Virus record (IMG/VR): IMGVR_UViG_3300043410_001256
Location: 30,880-94,879 of that record
DNA length: 64,000 nt
DNA from: a virus
Direction: 5' to 3' (one strand)
A program made the translations under genes and the position numbers. Shown here in pieces: positions 9,779 to 17,629 of the stretch. Below the pieces are notes generated by a model that saw only the letters and a program-made list of their open reading frames with translations, was not told where the DNA came from and searched no databases. The first letter of the stretch is position 1, and each line of letters begins with the position of its first letter.

Positions 9779-9993
9779 CTTTAACCGACGACGAAATTGG
9801 ATTGTTGCTAGAAGAATACGACAAACAGTCAAGAGCCATACGCGAGGAAGTGATTAGATTTACCTGGTGGATGCGCGGAGGAATAGATTATGATTCCGCT
9901 ATGTCCTTGGCTCACACTGACAACGAAATCATCAGGGAAATTATTAAAGAAAATATGGAAACTACTAAGAACAGTGGTTTACCATTCTTCTAA
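9775..9993 (+). CDS. Second chaperone ORF, probably translated as a -1 frameshift extension of 8903..9778
   Basis: TTG start without SD; -1 frame is open from 9748 across slippery A-AAT-TTT-TTC (9754-9763). Confidence 0.7.
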   Translation: MTLTDDEIGLLLEEYDKQSRAIREEVIRFTWWMRGGIDYDSAMSLAHTDNEIIREIIKENMETTKNSGLPFF

Positions 9994-10013
9994 TACTTTT
10001 TCTAACACTTTCA

Positions 10014-10032
10014 AGAACTGCTTCGCAGTTCT
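10014..10032. terminator. Perfect 8-bp hairpin AGAACTGC-TTC-GCAGTTCT (possible bidirectional terminator or DNA mini-hairpin)
   Basis: Seen directly, 20 nt after stop at 9993. Confidence 0.5.
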
Positions 10033-10410
10033 ATTGATTTCGCTATCGCTCATCAATATCTTTCTTCGCTTTAGCGATTTTAAGTATCATCTAGATTAAT
10101 CGGTCAGAATTCGCCCGTTGCCGGGCAAAAAACGTGCATCATCTGAGTAGCACAGTCATCTATTCTAAATGGGATTGTCGTAAGACACGGAGGCGGTTGA
10201 CCTGTACCCCCTACCCAAGCTTCGCATGTCAACGGAACCCTAGTGATCCGGAATAGACCCAAATCCTATAAGCTGTGGTTGCATCTTTTTCGCAGAGCCA
10301 CGACCATTTGAACCTTAAGTTAGTTCTTTTCTTGCAACGCACCAGTATCTAGCGGCACAGCACTACCTGTACAACCTCAAGGTGAGTCTAGCAGCCTAGA
10401 CCAAACAATG
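10014..10410 (-). ncRNA. Large structured non-coding element (unassigned ncRNA and/or origin region)
   Basis: ~425-bp gap between convergent genes in a dense genome; many stems: GTCTAG/CTAGAC, GCCCG-GCAA-CGGGC (GNRA on -), long-range TCTATTC/GAATAGA, GTTGAC/GTCAAC, AGAACTGC-GAA-GCAGTTCT. Confidence 0.6.
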
Positions 10411-10418
10411 TTGCTATG

Positions 10419-10934
10419 TTATGAACACAGAGTACGAACTACTTTAACGTGTTCGTTGTGTTCCCAAAATTTATCGTAATCGTAAATGAGCCAGGAGCCG
10501 TGTTTGTCTGATTGGTAGAGAAGATGTGGTATCGATAGATCCCAATGTGTGCCATGTTGTACCGCTACAAACATGCCTTTGCGGTTGAACTTCATGAACA
10601 GAATATTGAAATCACCTTGGTCGGCTACATCCAATGTTTGCTCAATCCAGTCATCCAGCTGTTTGCAGGAGCCTTGAAAGAGTTGATGAAATGGAAAGTC
10701 TTTGTAACTTTTGCACTCAGCATTGAACTTTGGGAAACTCTGTCCAGGAATAATATCCCCTTTGAAGCTTCTTATTTGTCCCTCGTGCAGTATCTCTTTG
10801 CGATTTGCATTTGACCCGCCAATATAAGCGCCAGAATGCGGAACGCGGATAAAGCGTTCTCCATAGGTAACAGTAAGGTGATCTGCCACCTTGCGTTCCC
10901 ATGCATTTCCTTTTGCTTTTTGTGGACTGGTCAT
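10419..10934 (-). CDS. Holliday junction resolvase, Hjc-type PD-(D/E)xK nuclease
   Basis: KAKGNAWERKVA...GDII...AECKSY; end of recombination operon. Confidence 0.8.
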   Translation of the reverse strand: MTSPQKAKGNAWERKVADHLTVTYGERFIRVPHSGAYIGGSNANRKEILHEGQIRSFKGDIIPGQSFPKFNAECKSYKDFPFHQLFQGSCKQLDDWIEQTLDVADQGDFNILFMKFNRKGMFVAVQHGTHWDLSIPHLLYQSDKHGSWLIYDYDKFWEHNEHVKVVRTLCS

Positions 10935-10986
10935 AGCTTAGTTAATTATCTTGTATTTTGGGTGAGTTAAAAAATCTGTTTTCTGT

Positions 10987-11895
10987 CTATTTTAGAACGG
11001 TTTCTTCTGTAAATTGCCTTGAAAAGTGTGTTTGATTGTTGTGTGTAGAACAGTGCCTTTTGCAAACTTCATGCGGATTTGTGGTCCAGCTGTCTGCGAG
11101 TCCATGATAATTTGGTGCTTGTATCCATTGTTTTAGTTGATCGTCTAGTGTAAAAATTCTGTTGCCTATGAAACAGCAGGGCAGTACTTGCCCCGTTGCT
11201 GACACGTATAAACTTTTTTCGTTTACAGCATGACAGGAAATTGGGCCATCGGGCACGATTGGAACATAGCCTTTGGGCGGAGATAAAAACTCCACAGGAC
11301 GATCTTCAAATCTATTGCTAACCTTGGCACGAAAATGTGTAAAGCCCATCTTTCTAGCATGTTCACGGCAATGGTCAACATGATGCTGATTATGCTCAAA
11401 CACCAGCATGTCCCAGTGTGCTCTCCCGCCTGACATGATAAATGTTTCTGCATTCAGCATCACACGATGCCACATAACACCTCGGCGATAGATGTCATTG
11501 GTACTAGCCATGCCGTCGATGCTGAACACACAATAATCTAGATTGCAATTAAACAGTTCGCCTAGTTCAATCCAAAAACGTGTGTCACGTAATCCACCAT
11601 TGGTATTCATGCCCAGGGTGATGTTGGGATTAACTTCTCTAAACCAACGCAGTATAGGTATACATTCTTTAGCTGCCGCCGGATCGCCAAAGTCTCCACA
11701 GGCAAACACCTTATCCAGCTGGCGTACAAAATCTTCTGAAAACAATTCTTTGCAACGTGCCAGTGTTAAGTCATGATCATCACTGTAGCCTAGACTAGGA
11801 TCCATTCTACTGCATTGAGGACATGATGCTTGACACCTGGTGGTTAACTCAAGATGCAGTACACGTATGCCAGCAGGATCAAACGGTGTCAACAT
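10987..11895 (-). CDS. Radical SAM enzyme with C-terminal twitch-type Fe-S domain
   Basis: CQASCPQC; MNTNGG; FSIDG; C-terminal C...YVSATGQVLPCC...CKRHC. Start placed at ATG 11895 (MLTPFD), overlapping the gp46 stop; track start is 11919. Confidence 0.88.
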   Translation of the reverse strand: MLTPFDPAGIRVLHLELTTRCQASCPQCSRMDPSLGYSDDHDLTLARCKELFSEDFVRQLDKVFACGDFGDPAAAKECIPILRWFREVNPNITLGMNTNGGLRDTRFWIELGELFNCNLDYCVFSIDGMASTNDIYRRGVMWHRVMLNAETFIMSGGRAHWDMLVFEHNQHHVDHCREHARKMGFTHFRAKVSNRFEDRPVEFLSPPKGYVPIVPDGPISCHAVNEKSLYVSATGQVLPCCFIGNRIFTLDDQLKQWIQAPNYHGLADSWTTNPHEVCKRHCSTHNNQTHFSRQFTEETVLK

Positions 11896-13648
11896 CTGTT
11901 CCATAGCTGGTAAATCCATTTTCTTTTGTAACAGTCAACACATTGCTAACACGACTAGTTAACTCATCCTTGTGACTTACCAACCAAACACTCTTGTTTC
12001 TATCACGTGACATCTTCTTGAGAATAGCCAAGGCTGCTTCAACACCTGAACTGTCCATGCCTGAGTCTACAACTTCGTCAATGAACAGCAGGTTAATAGG
12101 TTGATACAGACTTTCCCACACATCACGGAAGCTCCAGCTCAGTGACAGGATAAGTCTATTACGTTCTCCACGTGACAAGTTATCAAAGTCTAGTTCACGT
12201 CCTAGCTCAGTGATGTTAACAGTTAAGTCGTTTTGGAATACCACTGTGTGTGGCAAGCCAATCTTGTCAAGGTAGTAACTTAGTCGTTGATTTAGATAAG
12301 TTAAGTTTTGATCAATGATGCGTTTGCGAACAAAGCTGTCTTTGCTGGTAAGCAGTTTGTGTAAAAAGTCTTGATGATCCAGCAGGTTGGTTAACCTGTT
12401 CATTTCATCATAATCAATTTCTTCCAGCGCCTGCTTTTCCATTTCTACAATTTGATCAGAGTATGGATCTGCTTCTTCCTGTTTAGCAGTAATCTGTCCA
12501 AGTATGGCACCCAGACTGGCACGATGCTCAAATGCATCTGCTTCACGCTCATAGAATGTTTTAGGAACTTCGCCCAGCTCACCTAGTTCTGCTAGTGCAG
12601 TGGTGTTCTCCATGTACTGTGTGTTTGCACTCAGCGCATTCAGTGCGGCTTCCTGCATTTCTGTTTTTTTAGTAGCAAGCAACTGCTCATGATTGTTGTC
12701 GTGTAGTTCTTGTCCACAAGCATGACACTTGTGATCTTCCAAGCTGGCAATTTCTGCTTTGAGCTTTTCCACCACACGATTTTCACGAGCTTCATCGCGC
12801 TCGTTCTGTACAATATATTTTTTAAGTTGATCAATGGCTTGCTTTTTAACAAAGTATTCTGCAAGCTGTTGATGTGCAACCAGTTCTGCTTCAATGTCAA
12901 TTTTGTCCAGCTCTGCGTAGCCTACAGCAAGTTTTTCTAGATCTTCCTGCTTCTTGGTCTGCCACAGAGTTTGTCTGCGACGTAGATTAGCAATCTGATC
13001 TTCCATGCGCTTGTTGGCATCCTGCACAGCCTTGATGCGATATTCCTCTTTGGTAATTGCATCTTTGGTAGCCTTCATTTGCTCTTTGAGAGCTTCGGCT
13101 TTTTCTGATAGCTGTGTAACGCCCAACAACTGTTCAATCATCACACGTTGTTCTGCGGCTTTCAAGCTCAAGAACGGCTCTGTGTAGGTGTTCAATGCAA
13201 CCACGTGCTTGAACATTTCGTGACTCATGCCCAATAGCTGTTCAATGGCATGTTGTGTTTCTCTTGAGTCGCCTTGTGCTTCGTCTTTTTGTTCTTGCTC
13301 TACATCACCCACAAAGAATTTCAGTGTGTTGGGTTTACGCCCACGCTCAATCTTGTAGCTGACTCCGTCTTTGTCAAACTCAATGGTAACCATCATAGCT
13401 TTACCATTGGTTTTGTTAATTAGGTTTTCCTTGCGAATGCGTGTGAGTGCTTCGCCGTACAGCGCATAACTCAGTGCATTGATGATTGTGGTCTTGCCTG
13501 TGCCATTACGTGCGCCTGTGTCGTCCCCGCCTAGGTCTAGGTTTTGCCCCAACACCAGTGTAAGATCACTGCGATCAAATCGAATGGCCTGCGTGGCATT
13601 ACCCACGCTCATAAAGTTTTTTACAGTAAGATTTTTAATTATCATCAT
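11879..13648 (-). CDS. gp46: Recombination ATPase gp46 (Rad50/SbcC-like)
   Basis: KNFMSVGN, Walker A NGTGKTT, coiled coils with Zn-hook CHACG, signature LSRGE, Walker B LLFIDE, H-loop VSHK. Confidence 0.96.
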   Translation of the reverse strand: MMIIKNLTVKNFMSVGNATQAIRFDRSDLTLVLGQNLDLGGDDTGARNGTGKTTIINALSYALYGEALTRIRKENLINKTNGKAMMVTIEFDKDGVSYKIERGRKPNTLKFFVGDVEQEQKDEAQGDSRETQHAIEQLLGMSHEMFKHVVALNTYTEPFLSLKAAEQRVMIEQLLGVTQLSEKAEALKEQMKATKDAITKEEYRIKAVQDANKRMEDQIANLRRRQTLWQTKKQEDLEKLAVGYAELDKIDIEAELVAHQQLAEYFVKKQAIDQLKKYIVQNERDEARENRVVEKLKAEIASLEDHKCHACGQELHDNNHEQLLATKKTEMQEAALNALSANTQYMENTTALAELGELGEVPKTFYEREADAFEHRASLGAILGQITAKQEEADPYSDQIVEMEKQALEEIDYDEMNRLTNLLDHQDFLHKLLTSKDSFVRKRIIDQNLTYLNQRLSYYLDKIGLPHTVVFQNDLTVNITELGRELDFDNLSRGERNRLILSLSWSFRDVWESLYQPINLLFIDEVVDSGMDSSGVEAALAILKKMSRDRNKSVWLVSHKDELTSRVSNVLTVTKENGFTSYGTDVDTV

Positions 13649-14522
13649 GGTTGTCTATACTAGCACATGTACCACAGGAATGTAAACATTTCTGGTGAGG
13701 ATGCTGTTCTAATTCAAGTTTAATATCTGGCAACTGATCAAAGCTGTGGTACTCACGCCTGTGATTGAAAAAACAGCACGGCGACAACTGACCATTGGCA
13801 CTTAGATACACACTGGGATCTGTTAGATGCCTACAGTCTTTTGTGGTTACTGTTCTGTCAGGTTGTTTGTACTTGTTGGTCTTTTGATCTTTGCTCCAAG
13901 GCTTTATTTCAATTGTTTGTCCTGTTTGATAGTGTTTTGCCACATCGGGATATCTAACATTTCTAACTATTTCAAAACGTTTGAATCCCAACTGCTGACT
14001 CAGTGCTATGCATCGAGTTATTTCTGTTTGGTTGTGCTCAAACGGTATAAACTGCCATACCGCTTGTCCGCCTTGATCAATAAACGCAGTGGCATTGTCG
14101 ATAACCTTTTGCCATGCTGTGCCTTGGCGATATATTTCATGTGTTCCTGCTAGTCCGTCTAGTGTAAACCAGACTTCGTGCCTAATAGGAGCGAGCAGTT
14201 CAGCAAGATCACGCCACCAGTCTTGATTGCGTAAACTGCCATTGGTATGAATGTTCACGTGCCCAACACGAGACACAGCGATTTCGATATGTTCAAGAGA
14301 ATCCGGCGAAGCCAGTGCATCACCGTATGTGCCACAAAATTGTATAGTAGACAAGTTAGGAAACATGTCCAGCACTTCTTTGAATCGATTGATATCTAAA
14401 TCCTGTTCTACAAAGTTATCTCTTAATCCATAGCCACCGTTGTTCCTGCCACAAGAGGGACACCAGGCATTGCACCGAGTAGTATTTTCTACTTGTAACC
14501 AGGTGATATCACTGGCCTGCAT
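13635..14522 (-). CDS. Radical SAM enzyme with C-terminal twitch-type Fe-S domain (paralog of 10987..11895)
   Basis: CNAWCPSC; IHTNGSLR; FTLDG; C...YLSANGQLSPCC...CLHSC. Confidence 0.88.
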   Translation of the reverse strand: MQASDITWLQVENTTRCNAWCPSCGRNNGGYGLRDNFVEQDLDINRFKEVLDMFPNLSTIQFCGTYGDALASPDSLEHIEIAVSRVGHVNIHTNGSLRNQDWWRDLAELLAPIRHEVWFTLDGLAGTHEIYRQGTAWQKVIDNATAFIDQGGQAVWQFIPFEHNQTEITRCIALSQQLGFKRFEIVRNVRYPDVAKHYQTGQTIEIKPWSKDQKTNKYKQPDRTVTTKDCRHLTDPSVYLSANGQLSPCCFFNHRREYHSFDQLPDIKLELEQHPHQKCLHSCGTCASIDNHDDN

Positions 14523-15535
14523 TAACAGTTCCTGTAGATGTCTAACAGTAGTTTTGGATCGTAGTGTTCGCTGGAAATAGCATTGATTTGATTTTGTACT
14601 ATGGTATCAATGCTTTCAAATTTGATTTCGCCTGTGGCATCTGCTGTGACTTCAACATCCTTCTTGGGGATTAAACTAAGCTCACGCAGTTTGTAAGTAT
14701 CAATGAATGTTTCTTTAATGAAGTTTGCTTCTTCGTAGCTGAGATCAATGTCAATGTTGATCCTGGCATGCATCTTGGGCTTGAAGATTTTGTCTGCATT
14801 GTTCACCACACTACTCAAACTCAGCACACGATATGTAGGTTGGTCGGGCCAGGCGTGGTAAACAGGGTCTTGACCCCATTCAATAATAGTCAGTCCACGT
14901 TCTTCGTCGCCATCATCGGCGTAGTTGTGTGGAAACGCATTACCAATATAGGTAATGTTGTTGGCGCTTTGACGCTTGTGAAAATGACCAGTAAACACCT
15001 GCTCAAAGCCCAAGAAGTCCTCACGCCTGGCCTCACCCACATCCGGCATTTGAACCATGGCATTCATATAATAGCCAGGCAGTTCAAAGTGCCCAAAACA
15101 ATACTTGCCTTTTTTCTTTAATAGCTTTTTGTGGTCGTCGCCCACAAGCCATGGAGCGATAACAACATCGCCGTCGCTAAACCAATCATTGCAAATATGC
15201 ACGTTTGGTAAGTGACGTGCCCATTCCACGCTTTGTACATCGCGCTTGTCTCTATAGTATAGATCGTGATTACCAGGAATGAAGTAAACAGCTTCAAAGT
15301 TGTCATTCATATGCTCCAGTGCTTTGAGACTGTAGTTTAGAGTGAGAATGTTTAGTGCGGCTCGATTGTTGTGCCAGTCACCAAGGAACAGGCACGTTTC
15401 GCACCCTTCCTCTTTGGCTTTGGCAACTGCCCATTTAACAAACGATAAACAGTCCTCGTTGTGAGTGATACTGTTGCTTTTTAAGCCAAAATGAATATCG
15501 GTGAAGACCGCAGCCTTCTTGAATAGGTTAGACAT
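14522..15535 (-). CDS. gp47: Recombination nuclease gp47 (Mre11/SbcD-like)
   Basis: Metallophosphoesterase motifs DIHFG, LGDW, GNHD, GHFE, GHFH. Confidence 0.95.
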   Translation of the reverse strand: MSNLFKKAAVFTDIHFGLKSNSITHNEDCLSFVKWAVAKAKEEGCETCLFLGDWHNNRAALNILTLNYSLKALEHMNDNFEAVYFIPGNHDLYYRDKRDVQSVEWARHLPNVHICNDWFSDGDVVIAPWLVGDDHKKLLKKKGKYCFGHFELPGYYMNAMVQMPDVGEARREDFLGFEQVFTGHFHKRQSANNITYIGNAFPHNYADDGDEERGLTIIEWGQDPVYHAWPDQPTYRVLSLSSVVNNADKIFKPKMHARINIDIDLSYEEANFIKETFIDTYKLRELSLIPKKDVEVTADATGEIKFESIDTIVQNQINAISSEHYDPKLLLDIYRNC

Positions 15536-15543
15536 AGCATCCT

Positions 15544-15572
15544 AGTATAGACAGTTGTAATGACAAAAGCAA
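15544..15572 (-). promoter_or_regulatory. Sigma70-type promoter for gp47 operon (TTGCTT-17-TATACT)
   Basis: -35 at 15567-15572, -10 at 15544-15549, 17-bp spacer. Confidence 0.7.
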
Positions 15573-15585
15573 GAGATTTGATAAT

Positions 15586-16464
15586 CTACTCTTCGTGCAT
15601 ACCAGAACCACTGTTGGCCATTTGTCTGGTGTAACTTGGGTTCAGGTTGTTCATTTGTAAAATGTCGTCTCTTAGGTTTTGGTTGCGTTTTTCAATATTA
15701 AGCACACGAGTAAAGCTATTGGTAATAGCCGCAGTGTAATACGCAAAAGGATTCTGTGACTTGCTTTCATCGAACTGTAATCCAATCTGACTTAACTGTA
15801 GCAGAGCCTGTGAGCGCATTTCGTCATTGTAGGTGTAACCACGCCAGTTACTACGGGTAGCATAACGTTCACACAGCTTCATAAACATGTGTGCCAGCTT
15901 GTTGGTCATTGCTCCATGCTCACGACTGTAGTGCCCAGTCTCTGGATCGCCCTTCCAATGACTGATACCCACTGTGGTTGGCTCTAACTCGCCTTCTTCG
16001 TTTTTAACAAACTTCACGTGTTTGAAAGGAGGAAAATTAACTTTGACAAATTTAGTTGGCTTGACAACTTCTTCATCGTATTCGGTGTCAACAGACTCGT
16101 CTTCGTCTACAGGTTCGGATTTACTACGCTTTTTTGCAACTTTAACTTCTTCTTGCAGTGGCACATGTTCCCAGGTCATCACACGAAAAACAACATCTTC
16201 CTCGGGAATTTTAGTATGCTTGGGGGTAACTTCTTCTAATTTTACTTTCACACCATTGGCAATGGACTCTTCGTAGGCCAGTTTGCCCAGTCGCTCAGCA
16301 CGATTTTTTCTAGCCTGCAGGATGTCTTTTTTGGTTATTTTCTTGTTGTCAGAAATAATCATGTCGTAATCGGCATCACCAGGCGTCATAAACCAGCAGT
16401 AGGTGTTCTTGCTCTTGTGTATTTCTTTTAATATGTCTTTGTTATTCAGATAGTTGTGTTTCAT
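15586..16464 (-). CDS. gp55: Late transcription sigma factor, gp55-like
   Basis: NYLNNKDILKEI, NWRGYTYNDEM, FDESKSQNPFAYYT motifs; start at ATG 16464 (AAGGA upstream) rather than 16524. Confidence 0.9.
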   Translation of the reverse strand: MKHNYLNNKDILKEIHKSKNTYCWFMTPGDADYDMIISDNKKITKKDILQARKNRAERLGKLAYEESIANGVKVKLEEVTPKHTKIPEEDVVFRVMTWEHVPLQEEVKVAKKRSKSEPVDEDESVDTEYDEEVVKPTKFVKVNFPPFKHVKFVKNEEGELEPTTVGISHWKGDPETGHYSREHGAMTNKLAHMFMKLCERYATRSNWRGYTYNDEMRSQALLQLSQIGLQFDESKSQNPFAYYTAAITNSFTRVLNIEKRNQNLRDDILQMNNLNPSYTRQMANSGSGMHEE

Positions 16465-16487
16465 TTGTAATAAAATCCTTATAAAAC

Positions 16488-16524
16488 TACCTGTTATTTT
16501 AACAGGTAAATAGTAGAAAAGCAA
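16488..16524. promoter_or_regulatory. Overlapping divergent promoters: sigma70-type for gp55 (-; TTGCTT-17-TAAAAT) and late GGTAAATA (+, 16505-16512), with 21-bp palindrome
   Basis: -35 at 16519-16524, -10 at 16496-16501; palindrome TACCTGTTA-TTT-TAACAGGTA at 16488-16508. Confidence 0.7.
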
Positions 16525-16538
16525 GAGGCTAACACATT

Positions 16539-17327
16539 ATGTCAACAAGCAGATTAAATGGGGCTTTACCCGGAGGGTTGCCAGCACGTTCAGACCTGTC
16601 AAACACTCGTCTTAACATGTTTAGATTTGGAGCCTTGGAAAATCTAGACGATGGAAGAAATACAAAACTGGACGCTACCAAAGATTGGCGAGTGCGTATC
16701 AGCTTGCCCCCAAGCTCTAATTTTGCTTTTAGGAGCGGTGTTTTTCCTAGCATCGTCTATCCTTTGATAAGTCAAAGCGGTAAAAGTACAGGCACAGATG
16801 GAGTTGTATTTCCACACACGCCTACTGTTACTATGCAACATAACGCAAGGTATCAAGAGCAAGCTCTGACACACAGCAACTATAAGAATTATTTCTATGA
16901 AGGCAGCGATGTAGCACCAATTACCATTACAGGACTATTTACCTGTCAAAATGGTGCCGAGGCACTTTATCTAATGGCCAGTTTGCAATTCCTTCGTGCT
17001 TGTACAAAAATGTATTTTGGTAAAGGTGATCCAAAAGCAGGCACACCGCCAACTCTGGTTAGACTAAGCGGATACGGAGACCATTATTTGCCATCTATCA
17101 CAGGCGTGGTAACACAGGTGTCACACACCATGCCCGATGATTGTGATTACATCAAGTACAGTTATAAAGACAATGAGGAGTATGGCTGGATGCCAACTTC
17201 TAGTACATTAACTGTAACCATACAGCCAGTACTAAGCAGACAGCGTCAAGCTGAAGAAATGAAGTTGGATGATTATGTACGTGGACTACTGGTCAAAGAC
17301 AGTAGCAACCGAGGAGGTATCATTTAA
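16539..17327 (+). CDS. Baseplate/tail tube initiator-like protein (gp48/gp54 class)
   Basis: VVFPHTP, GTPPTLVRLSGYG, tube-fold C-terminus (WMPTSSTLTVTIQP); directly upstream of gp53-like gene. Confidence 0.6.
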   Translation: MSTSRLNGALPGGLPARSDLSNTRLNMFRFGALENLDDGRNTKLDATKDWRVRISLPPSSNFAFRSGVFPSIVYPLISQSGKSTGTDGVVFPHTPTVTMQHNARYQEQALTHSNYKNYFYEGSDVAPITITGLFTCQNGAEALYLMASLQFLRACTKMYFGKGDPKAGTPPTLVRLSGYGDHYLPSITGVVTQVSHTMPDDCDYIKYSYKDNEEYGWMPTSSTLTVTIQPVLSRQRQAEEMKLDDYVRGLLVKDSSNRGGII

Positions 17328-17626
17328 TGGCAACTTATGCTAAAACAAGTCCATACTATGGTACACCAGTCTATGGTACATTTTTAGACGTACAAAAAAA
17401 GCGTACTATACCTTTTAGAAAAGACGACACGGTGTATGTAATAGAACGAGCTTATCAATATAGGCCTGACCTACTAGCATACGACTTATATGGTGATGCA
17501 GGACTATGGTGGGTGTTTGCCGCACGTAATCCTAATGTAATACAAGACCCTATTGGGGACTTCCTGTCAGGCGTTACCATACGCTTGCCTAAGCAACGGG
17601 ATTTGGTTGCCGCATTGGGACTGTAA
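17327..17626 (+). CDS. gp53: Baseplate wedge protein, gp53/LysM-like
   Basis: YRPDLLAYDLYGDAGLWWVFAARNP...G.TIRLP. Confidence 0.8.
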   Translation: MATYAKTSPYYGTPVYGTFLDVQKKRTIPFRKDDTVYVIERAYQYRPDLLAYDLYGDAGLWWVFAARNPNVIQDPIGDFLSGVTIRLPKQRDLVAALGL

Positions 17627-17629
17627 TCA

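Noticed and set aside
9890-10099. 69-aa ORF running into the non-coding element
   Set aside because: Overlaps the chaperone extension out of frame, crosses the hairpins, no SD
9994-10418. Group I/II intron, tRNA, tmRNA, RNase P or hammerhead identity for the structured gap
   Set aside because: It lies between convergent complete genes, so it interrupts nothing; diagnostic motifs not found (AGAUGA is not the hammerhead CUGAUGA core)
10935-10986. Separate promoter for the resolvase (GATAAT or TAATTA)
   Set aside because: Poor -35 and off-consensus late motif in AT-rich DNA; not supportable
16465-16524. ORF-track N-terminal extension of gp55 (also of 46072, 57527, 45642, 11919)
   Set aside because: Extensions run through promoters or deep into upstream genes; downstream ATGs fit SD or coupling better
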